Virus record (IMG/VR): IMGVR_UViG_3300021137_000001
Span: 62,001 to 126,000 of that record
Reading direction: 5' to 3' (one strand)
DNA length: 64,000 nucleotides
The position numbers and the translations under genes were made by a program. Shown piece after piece: positions 40,168-50,343 of the stretch. Below the pieces are notes generated by a model. It worked only from the letters and a program-made list of their open reading frames with translations. It had not been told where the DNA came from and did no database searches. The stretch's first letter is position 1; each line of letters starts with the position of its first letter.

Positions 40168-40598
40168 TGCCAACAGTAGTGACCCCACCTGACATACGTA
40201 GATTTGCAGTAGGCTTTGAGAGTATTTTTATTAACTTAAATCGTACTGCTGGTACATTAAATGCAACTAACTATCCACCATACAATATTGTACGTTATAG
40301 TGAAACTGCATATACTGTTGAAATTGCAGTGGCTGGCTTTGCAGAAGATGAGCTCGATGTTGAAGTAATTAATCATGAGCTTGTTGTACACGGTGCAAGC
40401 AAGATAGTTGATGATCCAAATGTTGAATATATACATCGTGGCATTGCAACACGTAACTTTGTTCGTAGTTTTGCACTAGCAGAGAACGTTGAAGTAAAAG
40501 GTGCAGTTGTAAAGAATGGAATACTAACAGTAATGTTAGAGCATATCATTCCCGAAACTGCCAAGCCAAGAAAGGTTGCAATTTCCTTTCAACCGTAG
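40167..40598 (+). CDS. Small heat-shock protein (IbpA-like)
   Basis: YPPYNI, AVAGF, HRGIA, NGILTV. Confidence 0.93.
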   Translation: MPTVVTPPDIRRFAVGFESIFINLNRTAGTLNATNYPPYNIVRYSETAYTVEIAVAGFAEDELDVEVINHELVVHGASKIVDDPNVEYIHRGIATRNFVRSFALAENVEVKGAVVKNGILTVMLEHIIPETAKPRKVAISFQP

Positions 40599-40659
40599 TA
40601 TAATAGTATTAAGGGTAGCAGAAATGCTACCCTCCCATAACATAATAAAGAGAAAACAC

Positions 40660-40968
40660 ATGGCAAAAGCAATTGCAAAAGTTAAAACAACTCCAAACTT
40701 GGCTATTAAAGAGCCGAGTATGTACAAAGTCATTTACATTAATGATGATGTTACAACAATGGAATTTGTAATCGAAAGTTTGCTTGTGGTATTTGATATG
40801 GCGCATGATACAGCCACTGATATTACTATTACAATTCATAATGAAGGTAGTGCTGTTGTTGCGCTGTTACCGTATGAGATGGCAGAACAGAAAGGCGTCG
40901 AAGCAACACAACTTGCACGTGCATCTGGCTTCCCACTTGTAGTGAAATTAGAGGCTGACACAAAATGA
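40660..40968 (+). CDS. clpS: ClpS adaptor
   Basis: YKVIYINDDVTTMEFV, IHNEG, AEQK. Confidence 0.92.
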   Translation: MAKAIAKVKTTPNLAIKEPSMYKVIYINDDVTTMEFVIESLLVVFDMAHDTATDITITIHNEGSAVVALLPYEMAEQKGVEATQLARASGFPLVVKLEADTK

Positions 40969-41031
40969 TTAAGTCAGTTTAATAGGTTAAATTGACAGTA
41001 TGTGATAAATATCTATACAAGGGATATTTAT

Positions 41032-41721
41032 ATGTATACAGGATATATTTACATTACTACTAATTTAATTAACAGCCGAGCATATATTGGTAAAAAAAAT
41101 AAATCGACTTTAGATTATTCTTATTATGGATCTGGTACTGTTTTAAAGACAGCAATTAAAAAATATGGTAAAGAAAATTTTAATATCAAAGTATTATATT
41201 GGGCGCAATCAGTAGAAGAACTTGATCTTAAAGAAATCGAATTAATAGAATTATATAGTAAAACTGTTAATTTGTATAATATTGCTAAAGGTGGCACAGG
41301 TGGCGATACGCTAACTAATCACCCAGATCTAAAACAGATACGAGATAAGCAAATTATCGGACTAACGAATTGGCATCATAATATGTCCGAGGATGAAAGA
41401 TCCGAGCACGGAAAAAAAATAAGCAATGCAAAAAAGAATAAATCTAATGGGCACACTGGATTAACTCATAATGCTGCCACAAAAGAAAAAATGTCGCAAG
41501 CATCAAAAGATTATACTAAAACACCAGAATGGAAACTTGCTCATGCTGTTGCCGCTGCAAAACGAAAAAATGTTCCGTTGACAGCAAAATATAAATCTGT
41601 TATAATAGATAATATAGAATACGAATCAGTTGGGCATGCAATGATCGCATTAAATATAAAACATCGAGCAACATTTTATAAATTGATTAAACAACAAAAA
41701 CTACAGGTTGTATACAAATGA
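41032..41721 (+). mobile_element. GIY-YIG (Seg-like) homing endonuclease
   Basis: GYIYITTN...YIG, YYGSG, YNIAKGGTGG. Confidence 0.88.
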
Positions 41722-42176
41722 TTTTTAATAAAATTAAAGAATTAAAAGGGCTAGGACTTAAAATTGGCATAACCTTCTCGTCTTTCGATTTATTGCATGC
41801 GGGTCATATTGCTATGTTAAGCGAAGCAAAGAATCATTGCGATTACTTAATTGCCGGCTTACAAAATAATGCATCGTGGGATAGACCAGAGAAGAACGCA
41901 CCAATACAAAGTATTGTTGAACGACAAATACAACTTGCCGCAACACGTTATGTTGACGAAGTTGTAGTTTACAATACAGAAAGCGACCTCGAAGACATCT
42001 TACTAGCATTACCAATTGATGTACGTGTATTAGGTATTGAATACAGAGATAAAGAATTTACTGGACGCGATATTTGTATTGCTCGCGACATTGAATTAGT
42101 GTATAATAAACGTGATCACTCATTTAGTTCGAGCAGTTTACGTAAACGTATTGCAGAAGCGGAGAGTAAAAAATGA
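41718..42176 (+). CDS. Cytidylyltransferase (TagD-like)
   Basis: FDLLHAGH (HxGH), SSSSLR. Confidence 0.88.
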   Translation: MIFNKIKELKGLGLKIGITFSSFDLLHAGHIAMLSEAKNHCDYLIAGLQNNASWDRPEKNAPIQSIVERQIQLAATRYVDEVVVYNTESDLEDILLALPIDVRVLGIEYRDKEFTGRDICIARDIELVYNKRDHSFSSSSLRKRIAEAESKK

Positions 42177-42328
42177 TTTATTTTATAATGTGGGCTATAT
42201 TTGTTGCATTGTTTATATTGTTTATGATGGGCGCATCAAAGATTAATGGCGGCTGTTCAGGTTGCACTTGTGGCAAAGTACAAAAAGAACAATGTGAAGA
42301 AAAGAGTGAAGAAAAGAGTAAAGAATGA
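42173..42328 (+). CDS. Small Cys-rich membrane peptide, not in the ORF track
   Basis: TM helix then GGCSGCTCG; ATGA-coupled at both ends. Confidence 0.55.
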   Translation: MIYFIMWAIFVALFILFMMGASKINGGCSGCTCGKVQKEQCEEKSEEKSKE

Positions 42329-42516
42329 AGATAAGTGGAAATCTAATTGAAATAATTTCAGTTATATTACTAGTAGCGGCACTACTGTTTATGTATATCG
42401 ATCGTGATGAAACGAACACGGGGGTTGTGTATGACTGTAGACTTGCTGAGATTAGTGTAGATTATCCGCTAGCAGTTAAAGAACAATGTAGAAAACTATT
42501 GGAAGGTAAGAAATAA
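42325..42516 (+). CDS. Small membrane-anchored protein
   Basis: N-terminal TM helix, two Cys. Confidence 0.55.
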   Translation: MKISGNLIEIISVILLVAALLFMYIDRDETNTGVVYDCRLAEISVDYPLAVKEQCRKLLEGKK

Positions 42517-43055
42517 TGTCAGAAATTATGATGGATATCGAAACACTTAGCACACGTCCGGACGCTGTTATTTTAACAGTAGGCGCATGTAAGTTTGACC
42601 CGTACACACAAACAGAAACAACTGGTGACTTCTATCTTAGAATTAACGTAGATGAACAAGCACAACTTGGCAGACATATTGACGAAAACACAGTTGCATG
42701 GTGGGGTCAACAAGCCGCTGATGTACGTGATGAAGCACTAAGTGATAGTAACAGAGTAAGTCTCGAAGAGTTTACAGCACAGCTAAACAAGTTTATGGTA
42801 GGTGCAGGTAATATTTGGTGTCAAGGCCCGGTGTTTGATATTGTAATTCTTGAGAATTTATATCGTCAACTCGGCAAACCAGCACCGTGGTCATATTGGC
42901 AAGTACGTGATAGCAGAACACTATTTGGTACACACGGCGACCCACGCGAAAAAGGCAAAGCAGGTCTGCACAATGCGTTAGAAGATTGTAAATCACAGGC
43001 AGGTGCAGTACAGACAGTATACAAGAACTTAAATGTACAAAAACAATCACGATGA
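42516..43055 (+). CDS. DEDDh 3'-5' exonuclease (DexA-like)
   Basis: DIET, FD, RDSRT, HNALED. Confidence 0.88.
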   Translation: MSEIMMDIETLSTRPDAVILTVGACKFDPYTQTETTGDFYLRINVDEQAQLGRHIDENTVAWWGQQAADVRDEALSDSNRVSLEEFTAQLNKFMVGAGNIWCQGPVFDIVILENLYRQLGKPAPWSYWQVRDSRTLFGTHGDPREKGKAGLHNALEDCKSQAGAVQTVYKNLNVQKQSR

Positions 43056-43321
43056 ATGAATTAAATCGCGAAGCACTAGTTATATTACAAGAAGAATGTG
43101 CTGAAGTTATTCAAGCGACAAGTAAATGCTTTCGCTTTGGTTTAGACAATGCGCATAAGTCAGGTGCAACACAGCGAGCTAACTTAGAAATGGAAATTGG
43201 CGATATGTTGGCACTTGTTGATATTTTAGTTAATCAAGGTGTAGTTAATACTGCTAATATAAACACAGCTAAAGCAAACAAGATTGAAAAATTAAAGATA
43301 TGGTCATATTTATACGACTAA
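43052..43321 (+). CDS. MazG-like NTP pyrophosphohydrolase
   Basis: EECAEV...EIGD. Confidence 0.8.
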   Translation: MNELNREALVILQEECAEVIQATSKCFRFGLDNAHKSGATQRANLEMEIGDMLALVDILVNQGVVNTANINTAKANKIEKLKIWSYLYD

Positions 43322-43330
43322 AGGACAGTT

Positions 43331-43654
43331 ATGGAAATTATATTCGGACGTGAGAACGCAACTAAATTACGTGAGAAGTACACAGTATTAGATTTAGAAA
43401 CAGTTGAGAAAGATGGCGCAAGTATAGAAGTTTTTTGTTTGATTCCAGCTGATAAAATTAGTTTAGGCGACTTGCCTACGTTAGAACAATATACTAATCT
43501 ACATGCGGAATTTCTTGAAGGATATAAGAATAAGCATTATGATTACTGTCGCCAATGTATTACTTACTTAATGGGTAAGTTTTCTGGTGAAGTCGATACA
43601 TTTTATGAAGAAATACTACGCAGAATAAATGATATAGATCCACAAGAAGTTTAA
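43331..43654 (+). CDS. Hypothetical protein resembling the C-terminal tail of CHASE2-type cyclases
   Basis: Resemblance by eye only. Confidence 0.4.
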   Translation: MEIIFGRENATKLREKYTVLDLETVEKDGASIEVFCLIPADKISLGDLPTLEQYTNLHAEFLEGYKNKHYDYCRQCITYLMGKFSGEVDTFYEEILRRINDIDPQEV

Positions 43655-43722
43655 TTCAGAGCAAACTACTCAGTTAATTTTCACAGGCAACTTAGTAAAT
43701 AATATTACTAGGAGCCTAGCCA

Positions 43723-44181
43723 GTGAAAAAAACAATAATAATATTCACACTGCTTGTGGCAATACCCGCACAAGCCGCACCACTACCCGACTTTCAGTTC
43801 AAAAGTCCAAGTTTCAACGGCAACGGGTATGGCACCTACGTTCTAACTATACAGAACGAAGAATATACACGTGCGCAGGCAATACAACAGGCATTAGAAG
43901 CGGCTAAACAAGCGGCAGCCACTGCGGCCAGCAATACTCCACTTAATCAATTCTTAACTAACTTAGAATCACGTGTTCTGGCACAGGTAAGTCAAAACCT
44001 AGCTACAGCTATGTTTGCGGGTGGATCTAGTACCAGCGGCACCTTTAACTTCCAAGGCAATACTATATTCTGGCAAAACAATGGCAGTAATATTAGCCTA
44101 CAGGTCACAGACAACTTAGGTAATGTTACTACTATTAATGTTCCATTGGGTTCATTTAATCTAACGGGATCGACACCATAA
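43723..44181 (+). CDS. csgF: Curli assembly protein CsgF-like
   Basis: Signal peptide, FKSPSFNG, F..NLESR; adjacent to csgG. Confidence 0.8.
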   Translation: MKKTIIIFTLLVAIPAQAAPLPDFQFKSPSFNGNGYGTYVLTIQNEEYTRAQAIQQALEAAKQAAATAASNTPLNQFLTNLESRVLAQVSQNLATAMFAGGSSTSGTFNFQGNTIFWQNNGSNISLQVTDNLGNVTTINVPLGSFNLTGSTP

Positions 44182-44996
44182 TGAAACAACTATTGGTATT
44201 ATTATCATTATTGGCATTAACTGGCTGTGCCACTGTTCAGAAAGCTGGGTATGAGCACGAACCTGAATTGGCAAAAAACAAGATGGTAAAAGAGTTTGAT
44301 GCTATTCCAGCACCAGCAGGTCCAAAGATCACTGTAGCAGTCTACAGTTTCCAAGACAAAACAGGGCAACGTAAAAACTCACCTAACATAGCCAGCTTTA
44401 GCACTGCGGTTACACAAGGCGCCGAGCCGTTCTTAATCTCAGCACTACAAGAAGTAGGACATGGACAGTGGTTTGATGTTGTAGAACGTGTAAACGTAGA
44501 CAACTTGATTAAAGAACGCACTATTATTAAACAGATGCGTGACGCTTATGAAGGCACAGCGGCCAAACCATTGGTACCATTACAGTTTGCTGGTATCATT
44601 ATGGAAGGCGGTATTGTAGGCTACGATAGCAGCACAGAATCAGGCGGAATTGCTTATAAATGGTTGGGTATTGGACCACAAACACAGTATAGTAAGGACA
44701 TTGTAACAGTTAGTCTACGAGCAGTGAGTGTTAGCACAGGTAAGGTATTAACCACAGTAACAGTTACTAAGACAGTATATAGCACAGCAGACAGCGTGGC
44801 GGTACTTAAGTTCTTTAGAGGAGGCACATCAGCGTTTGAATTTGAAAGCGGCCTAACTATAAATGAACCCGGTACATTGGCAGTTAAAGCCACTGTTGAA
44901 GCGGCTGTGGTAGAGTTGATCCGTCAAGGTCAACAAAAAGGAATTTGGGACTACAAAGTCTCAGATAATAAGAGTCCGGAACAAACGGACCATTAA
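44181..44996 (+). CDS. csgG: Curli secretion channel lipoprotein CsgG
   Basis: Lipobox LTGC, AVYSFQDKTGQRK, STAVTQG, WFDVVER. Confidence 0.92.
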   Translation: MKQLLVLLSLLALTGCATVQKAGYEHEPELAKNKMVKEFDAIPAPAGPKITVAVYSFQDKTGQRKNSPNIASFSTAVTQGAEPFLISALQEVGHGQWFDVVERVNVDNLIKERTIIKQMRDAYEGTAAKPLVPLQFAGIIMEGGIVGYDSSTESGGIAYKWLGIGPQTQYSKDIVTVSLRAVSVSTGKVLTTVTVTKTVYSTADSVAVLKFFRGGTSAFEFESGLTINEPGTLAVKATVEAAVVELIRQGQQKGIWDYKVSDNKSPEQTDH

Positions 44997-45023
44997 GACC
45001 GTAAAGGTCAAGGAGTAAGACAA

Positions 45024-45863
45024 ATGAAAAAGTTAATAGGACTTTGGAGTTTAGCGTTAATGATGGTAGCTAACGTGGCCATTGCGGCGGACAATAGTAT
45101 CTATATTGACCAAAGCGGCAACACATCTAGTATTTCAGTTACACAAGATGGCGCAGGCAACGTAGTGCGTGGTATACAGGGCACAGGTAGTGATAATACT
45201 ACTCCAGCAACAATTTATGGTAACAGCAACACCGTTACAGTTCAACAGATTGGTACTGGTGATACATTGAGCTTTGGTATACAAACAACTGTAGGCACTG
45301 GCGTTGGTACACTAACTAATGGTGATACTTATCTATACACTGTAAATGGTAATAATGCCACAGCGGTTATTGATAGTAATAACAAAGGTACTGGAACAAG
45401 TGTCAGCAACTACTTAAGCGTAACACAAACTGGCAACAGTGCTAACTTAAATGCTAACATTTTAGGCAGTAATAACAGTATCACAGCCTCTACCGCAGGT
45501 GGTGATAGTAATAGTCTTGTAACAACTGTTAATGGTAACAGCAACTCACAAAATATTACTGTGTCGGGTGGTGGTAGCAATAGCATTACAGTTAACCAAG
45601 GCGTAGGTGGAAGTGCTTTATCAGGTGGTGCTACAGCAACAACTAACAACAACGGTGTAGTTACTCTATCAGTAACTGGCGCAAGCAACACAGTTGGTAT
45701 TAGTCAAACCAGTGCTGGCTTTGCGGACACTACTGTGGTCAGTCTAACTGGTAGCAGCAACGTAGCAAGTATCACACAAAATGCTGTCGCAGGTAACACA
45801 ACTGTAAACTTAACCAGTGTGGGATCAAGTAACCATTTTACAATTAACTCTAACGCACATTAA
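45024..45863 (+). CDS. Curlin-repeat secreted protein
   Basis: Signal peptide; IxQxGxxN repeats; Asn/Gly/Ser/Thr-rich. Confidence 0.8.
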   Translation: MKKLIGLWSLALMMVANVAIAADNSIYIDQSGNTSSISVTQDGAGNVVRGIQGTGSDNTTPATIYGNSNTVTVQQIGTGDTLSFGIQTTVGTGVGTLTNGDTYLYTVNGNNATAVIDSNNKGTGTSVSNYLSVTQTGNSANLNANILGSNNSITASTAGGDSNSLVTTVNGNSNSQNITVSGGGSNSITVNQGVGGSALSGGATATTNNNGVVTLSVTGASNTVGISQTSAGFADTTVVSLTGSSNVASITQNAVAGNTTVNLTSVGSSNHFTINSNAH

Positions 45864-45871
45864 GAGAGCTT

Positions 45872-47002
45872 GTGAAGATATGTCAATTAATACTAACCAT
45901 ACTGTTAGGGATTATGTCCTTGAACAGTATGGCTTCAATCGGTACGGTAACTGAACAAACTGCCGTTCCCGGCAACATCACACGATCAACTAAGACAGTA
46001 CCTGCGTCCAAGGGCACAGGGGTTGAAATGAACGACGCGGTTAATACCACTAAAGGTAAGGTGGGTATTACATTCCAAGATGACACACGTGTCGAGGTCA
46101 ATGAAAATAGCAAATTAGTCATCGATGACTTTGTCTACGACCCTAAACAAGGCACAGGCAAGTTGGCCATGAAGTTTGCTTCAGGCACAGTTCGTTACGC
46201 ATCGGGTGCTATAGCACACAGTAACCCTAATGCCGTGGCCTTAAACACCCCTAGCGCGACCATAGCAGTGCGCGGCACTGACTTTAGTGCTACAGTCGAC
46301 GAAGCTGGCGCAAGTACCATTATCCTACTGCCAAGTTGCCCTAAGAATTGGGTAGATATAGATCGCGACTGTAAAACAGGCGCAATTGAAGTCATGAATG
46401 AAGCAGGCAGTGTCCTACTTAATAAACCATTCCAGGGCACTAAAGTAGAATCGCGCAACATACCTCCAATGAAACCTGCTATATTAAACCTAAGTCTAGA
46501 TACTATTAATAATCTATTGATTGTTGATGTGCCTAGACAAATTGACCGAAGCAAAATAGAACAACAGCAGGCGCAGGCCAAAGAAGCAGGCAACATGCTG
46601 GATCAAAACTTCTTAAAACAAAACTTTTTAGAAAATGAATTTGACAAAGAAGGCCCAGTCTGGGATAACCCATTGGCACAACCACTACTACAACAATATT
46701 TCCTAGAGAATATTTTTAACATTCTAGCAGATCAATTACAACAAGAAACAGCGGCACTGTTACAGAATGTTCTAGCACCGCAGAATCAATTATTACCTGA
46801 CTATAAAAAATCCACAGGTGTAACAGTTCAACAAGATCCTACCATGGTTGAGCTATGTCGTCCAGATGGCGGCAGTAACATAGAATGTGTTAAGACACCG
46901 CATGATCAAAACTCAACGGTGTATATGACACAGGACAGTGTTACTATTAAGAATCGTATTAACACAGGTGGTAATACTATTATTACCCTAAAACAAAACT
47001 AA
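45872..47002 (+). CDS. FecR-domain secreted protein
   Basis: ITFQDDTRVEVNENS, TPSATIAVRGTDF. Confidence 0.85.
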   Translation: MKICQLILTILLGIMSLNSMASIGTVTEQTAVPGNITRSTKTVPASKGTGVEMNDAVNTTKGKVGITFQDDTRVEVNENSKLVIDDFVYDPKQGTGKLAMKFASGTVRYASGAIAHSNPNAVALNTPSATIAVRGTDFSATVDEAGASTIILLPSCPKNWVDIDRDCKTGAIEVMNEAGSVLLNKPFQGTKVESRNIPPMKPAILNLSLDTINNLLIVDVPRQIDRSKIEQQQAQAKEAGNMLDQNFLKQNFLENEFDKEGPVWDNPLAQPLLQQYFLENIFNILADQLQQETAALLQNVLAPQNQLLPDYKKSTGVTVQQDPTMVELCRPDGGSNIECVKTPHDQNSTVYMTQDSVTIKNRINTGGNTIITLKQN

Positions 47003-48438
47003 TGCGTAAATTTCTATTACTACTATTATTAGTCTGTAACGCGGCCTGGGCTGATATAACTCAGGAACACTTTAGTTTCGCACAGGTATTTGACGTTCAA
47101 TGGTATATCAGTGGCAGTACCTTAAATGCCAGTGGATTTAATTACTTGTATGCCAGCGTGGATGCCAGTGGTAATCAAAATGCTGCACGCTTAACATCTG
47201 GACAAACATCTGCCTATGCTGGGGCTGGTGACTACTTGGCCTTTTTTCACAGCTCAAACTATCCTGGAACCTACGGACTTGGTGTTTACAGTAGCAGTGG
47301 CACATTGGTGCGAGTGTTAGACTACACTGGTTCATTTGTGGCTCTAGCCAATGGTGCTATATTTTATAATGGTAATAATTCGTGGGGCACCTTGTTTACC
47401 ACAGCACAGGGCTATAACTATGGGCAAGGTGGATCCTGGACTATTACACAAAGTTATCCTAGCACATCCTATATGACCAGCTATACTCCGCCTAATACTA
47501 CTCCCTTGGCGGCAGGACAATCAGCACCTCCCGCTGTTACTGTAACCAGCAGAGTAAACTCAACAATTACCACAACAGCCACGAGTGGAGCAACTGTCTA
47601 CACATATAGTCAACCTATAACCACTACCTACTACAGTGACGGCTCACAGACAGTGGCCAACAACGGATCAGCAACATTAATCAGCACCACTGTCACTGGC
47701 ACCAGTGGCGGCATTACCACAGGGCAACAGGCTGACGTAACTGTATTCAACAATAACGTAATTAACGGCTCTAGCGTCTACATTCAACAAAGTGGCAACA
47801 ATGATAATATCAATATACAGCAGATTGGTACGCACAATCAAATTGGTGGTATTGGCTCACAGTTTGCTCAGATACAAAACGGCAATAATAACATTATTAT
47901 TAAGCAGGGTAATGGCAATGCTGGACAAAATGAAATCGACTTGAGTGTAGCGGGCGGTAGCAATACATTGACCATCACACAGGCCAATGACACTGCGGGT
48001 ATAAGTGCTGGCAGTAACTATCAACTGATAAATGTAAATGGAGTAGGCAATAACATAACCACCACACAGACCAACGATGGTGGGTTAGTTGGACACTTTG
48101 CTGAAATAAATGTCACTGGCAGCAGTGATACTGTTGGTCTAACACAGGCCAACAATGGACAAAAACAAGCATTTGTCACAGTAGTTGGCAATAACAACTC
48201 AGTTACAGCAAGTCAATCTGGTCTAGGACAGCACTATCTAAGCATTGGTGAGTCAGGCAATGGTAATAGTGCTACTGTTACACAAACAGGATCAACAGCC
48301 AATTCAGCAACTATAACGCTGATCAACGCTGGTTCACCAGCAAGTGTAAACTTAACACAGACTGGCGGACAAAGTTATAGTATAACCCAATCATGCGTGA
48401 CCAACTGCGGAACAGTAACAGTCAGACAGGGTAATTAA
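47002..48438 (+). CDS. Secreted protein with C-terminal curlin repeats
   Basis: Signal peptide; YIQQSGNND, QIGTHNQ, QTG repeats. Confidence 0.78.
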   Translation: MRKFLLLLLLVCNAAWADITQEHFSFAQVFDVQWYISGSTLNASGFNYLYASVDASGNQNAARLTSGQTSAYAGAGDYLAFFHSSNYPGTYGLGVYSSSGTLVRVLDYTGSFVALANGAIFYNGNNSWGTLFTTAQGYNYGQGGSWTITQSYPSTSYMTSYTPPNTTPLAAGQSAPPAVTVTSRVNSTITTTATSGATVYTYSQPITTTYYSDGSQTVANNGSATLISTTVTGTSGGITTGQQADVTVFNNNVINGSSVYIQQSGNNDNINIQQIGTHNQIGGIGSQFAQIQNGNNNIIIKQGNGNAGQNEIDLSVAGGSNTLTITQANDTAGISAGSNYQLINVNGVGNNITTTQTNDGGLVGHFAEINVTGSSDTVGLTQANNGQKQAFVTVVGNNNSVTASQSGLGQHYLSIGESGNGNSATVTQTGSTANSATITLINAGSPASVNLTQTGGQSYSITQSCVTNCGTVTVRQGN

Positions 48439-48510
48439 TCATATTGTAATCTAAATTGTAATCTGTTATTGATCAATATGTTATAAATATCTTACAAGGA
48501 GGACAACGTG

Positions 48511-48669
48511 ATGAAACAACGTAAATTAATTACCAAGTTATATCAGGCTTGTCTCGACCACGATACACAAACAATTAACGAACTACGTAAAAAAGAGTTT
48601 AAGAAAATTGTGAAACATAAGGCCGAAGGTAAGCCATTTGATAGCAAGTGGTCTGTAGTTAAGTTTTAA
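48511..48669 (+). CDS. 52-aa basic late protein, not in the ORF track
   Basis: TATAAATA promoter, AGGAGG SD, terminator downstream. Confidence 0.7.
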   Translation: MKQRKLITKLYQACLDHDTQTINELRKKEFKKIVKHKAEGKPFDSKWSVVKF

Positions 48670-48679
48670 CTACGTCAAT

Positions 48680-48705
48680 AAAAAGCCCCAATTAAGGGGC
48701 TTTTT
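48680..48705. terminator. Bidirectional intrinsic terminator
   Basis: AAAAAGCCCC-AATTAA-GGGGCTTTTT. Confidence 0.85.
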
Positions 48706-48725
48706 GTTATGCGTATGTATCTGTT

Positions 48726-49166
48726 GTGATTGGCAATGTAGTTACAAGTGATAGCAATGCAGTTACTATAACACAACAAGGTACTGGTATTAAAACTGCT
48801 GGTGTTGAGATACAATCAGGCATCAACAATGGAGTAACTATCAATCAGGATGGTAGTGGTAATCACGTTTCTAATATACAGAACTTAAATGGTAGTGCTA
48901 ATAATATTACTGTTGGGCAAACAGGAGATGGTAATCATACATTTAATTTACTAGGCGGCATTGGTACTACTAACAGTGGTAACACAGTAACAGCAATACA
49001 AAGTGGCGGAACTGGTGCAGATAAAAACTTTACACTTAACATGAACGGAACGGGTGGTGCTAATGTAAATATTCAGCAGACTAATCCTACTCAAGCAAAC
49101 ACAGGTAATATGTCTATTACTTGTAACACTGGTAGTTGCGGTACATATAATTATACCAGACAATAA
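48726..49166 (+). pseudogene. Orphan C-terminal curlin fragment
   Basis: Curlin repeats and an ending (ITCNTGSCGTYNYTRQ) like 47002; no signal peptide or SD; frame closed upstream within the terminator. Confidence 0.6.
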
Positions 49167-49406
49167 ATACATTTATGTACACATGGCGCGAATATTTTAT
49201 TTTTACTGAAATTGTATTATTTTTCTTTCTGGTATTTGCCACGCCGTGGATAGAAAGGATAATACTGTGAGTTGGTATAAACATACTCCACATCCAAAGA
49301 ACCCTCCAGAACCACCCAGTCCATCCACCCCAAGCGTTAATTAACTTTCTGTAATATTACTGTAACATGAATATGCTTAAATAATAGTATAGCCGGGGGA
49401 TTAGTA

Positions 49407-50207
49407 GTGAATACAACAGTCACAAAATATAAAACGATCTGCATATCCGATTGTCATCTTGGCACTAAAGATGCGCAAGCAGACATACTCAACAACTTTC
49501 TTAAACATCATACTTGCGAAGACTTATTTTTAGTGGGTGATATTATTGATGGCTGGAAGATACAGCAAAACAAATGGCGTTGGAAACAAAGTCACACTAA
49601 CGTAATACGTAGACTACTTGGCTTTGCTAAACATGGAGTACGAGTTACATTTGTTACGGGCAATCACGATGAGTTTATTCGCCCATTTGTTGCGCATGGA
49701 TTAACATTTGACGGCATTTATGTATGCAATCAAGCAGAATACAGAAGTATAGATGGCAAATTGTTTTTAATAACACACGGTGATATGTTTGATGGTATTA
49801 CACGACTTGCTCCGTGGTTAAACTTCCTCGGCGACAAGGCATACGATGCTGTACTGTGGATTAATACACGCTTTAATTACCTCAGACATAGAATGGGATT
49901 TGGTTACTGGAGTCTTAGTAAGTACCTTAAACATAAAGTGAAGAAAGCGATTGATTTCGTGTTCAAATTTGAAGAAACCATTACCGATTACTGTGCAAAA
50001 CGTGGATTTGATGGCGTTATTTGCGGACATATACATACACCAGAGATTAAAACAATGCCGAATGGTATTATATACATGAATGACGGCGACTGGGTAGAAA
50101 CATGCAGTGCGCTAGTTGAACACTATGATGGACGATGGGAAATAATTTATTGGACAAAGGCAAGCGACAATGTGGATACTACTCCTGTTAGCCGTAAACG
50201 TAAGTGA
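49407..50207 (+). CDS. LpxH-like metallophosphoesterase
   Basis: SDCHLG, GDIID, GNHD, HGD, GHIH. Confidence 0.88.
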   Translation: MNTTVTKYKTICISDCHLGTKDAQADILNNFLKHHTCEDLFLVGDIIDGWKIQQNKWRWKQSHTNVIRRLLGFAKHGVRVTFVTGNHDEFIRPFVAHGLTFDGIYVCNQAEYRSIDGKLFLITHGDMFDGITRLAPWLNFLGDKAYDAVLWINTRFNYLRHRMGFGYWSLSKYLKHKVKKAIDFVFKFEETITDYCAKRGFDGVICGHIHTPEIKTMPNGIIYMNDGDWVETCSALVEHYDGRWEIIYWTKASDNVDTTPVSRKRK

Positions 50208-50343
50208 CCCAACAGATATACCGGGTCGAGCAACAATACAATTTCGTTCACAGCAAGAATGTGAACAAGCAAGAGCAACAGTAACAAGCTGGTTAAAATT
50301 TGAGTCTTTTAAGGTAACAACACAATGTCAAAAATCCTCATAG
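50170..50343 (+). CDS. Small secreted peptide (MWILLLLAV...QECEQA), not in the ORF track
   Basis: Hydrophobic N-terminus, two Cys; fills the operon gap. Confidence 0.55.
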   Translation: MWILLLLAVNVSDPTDIPGRATIQFRSQQECEQARATVTSWLKFESFKVTTQCQKSS

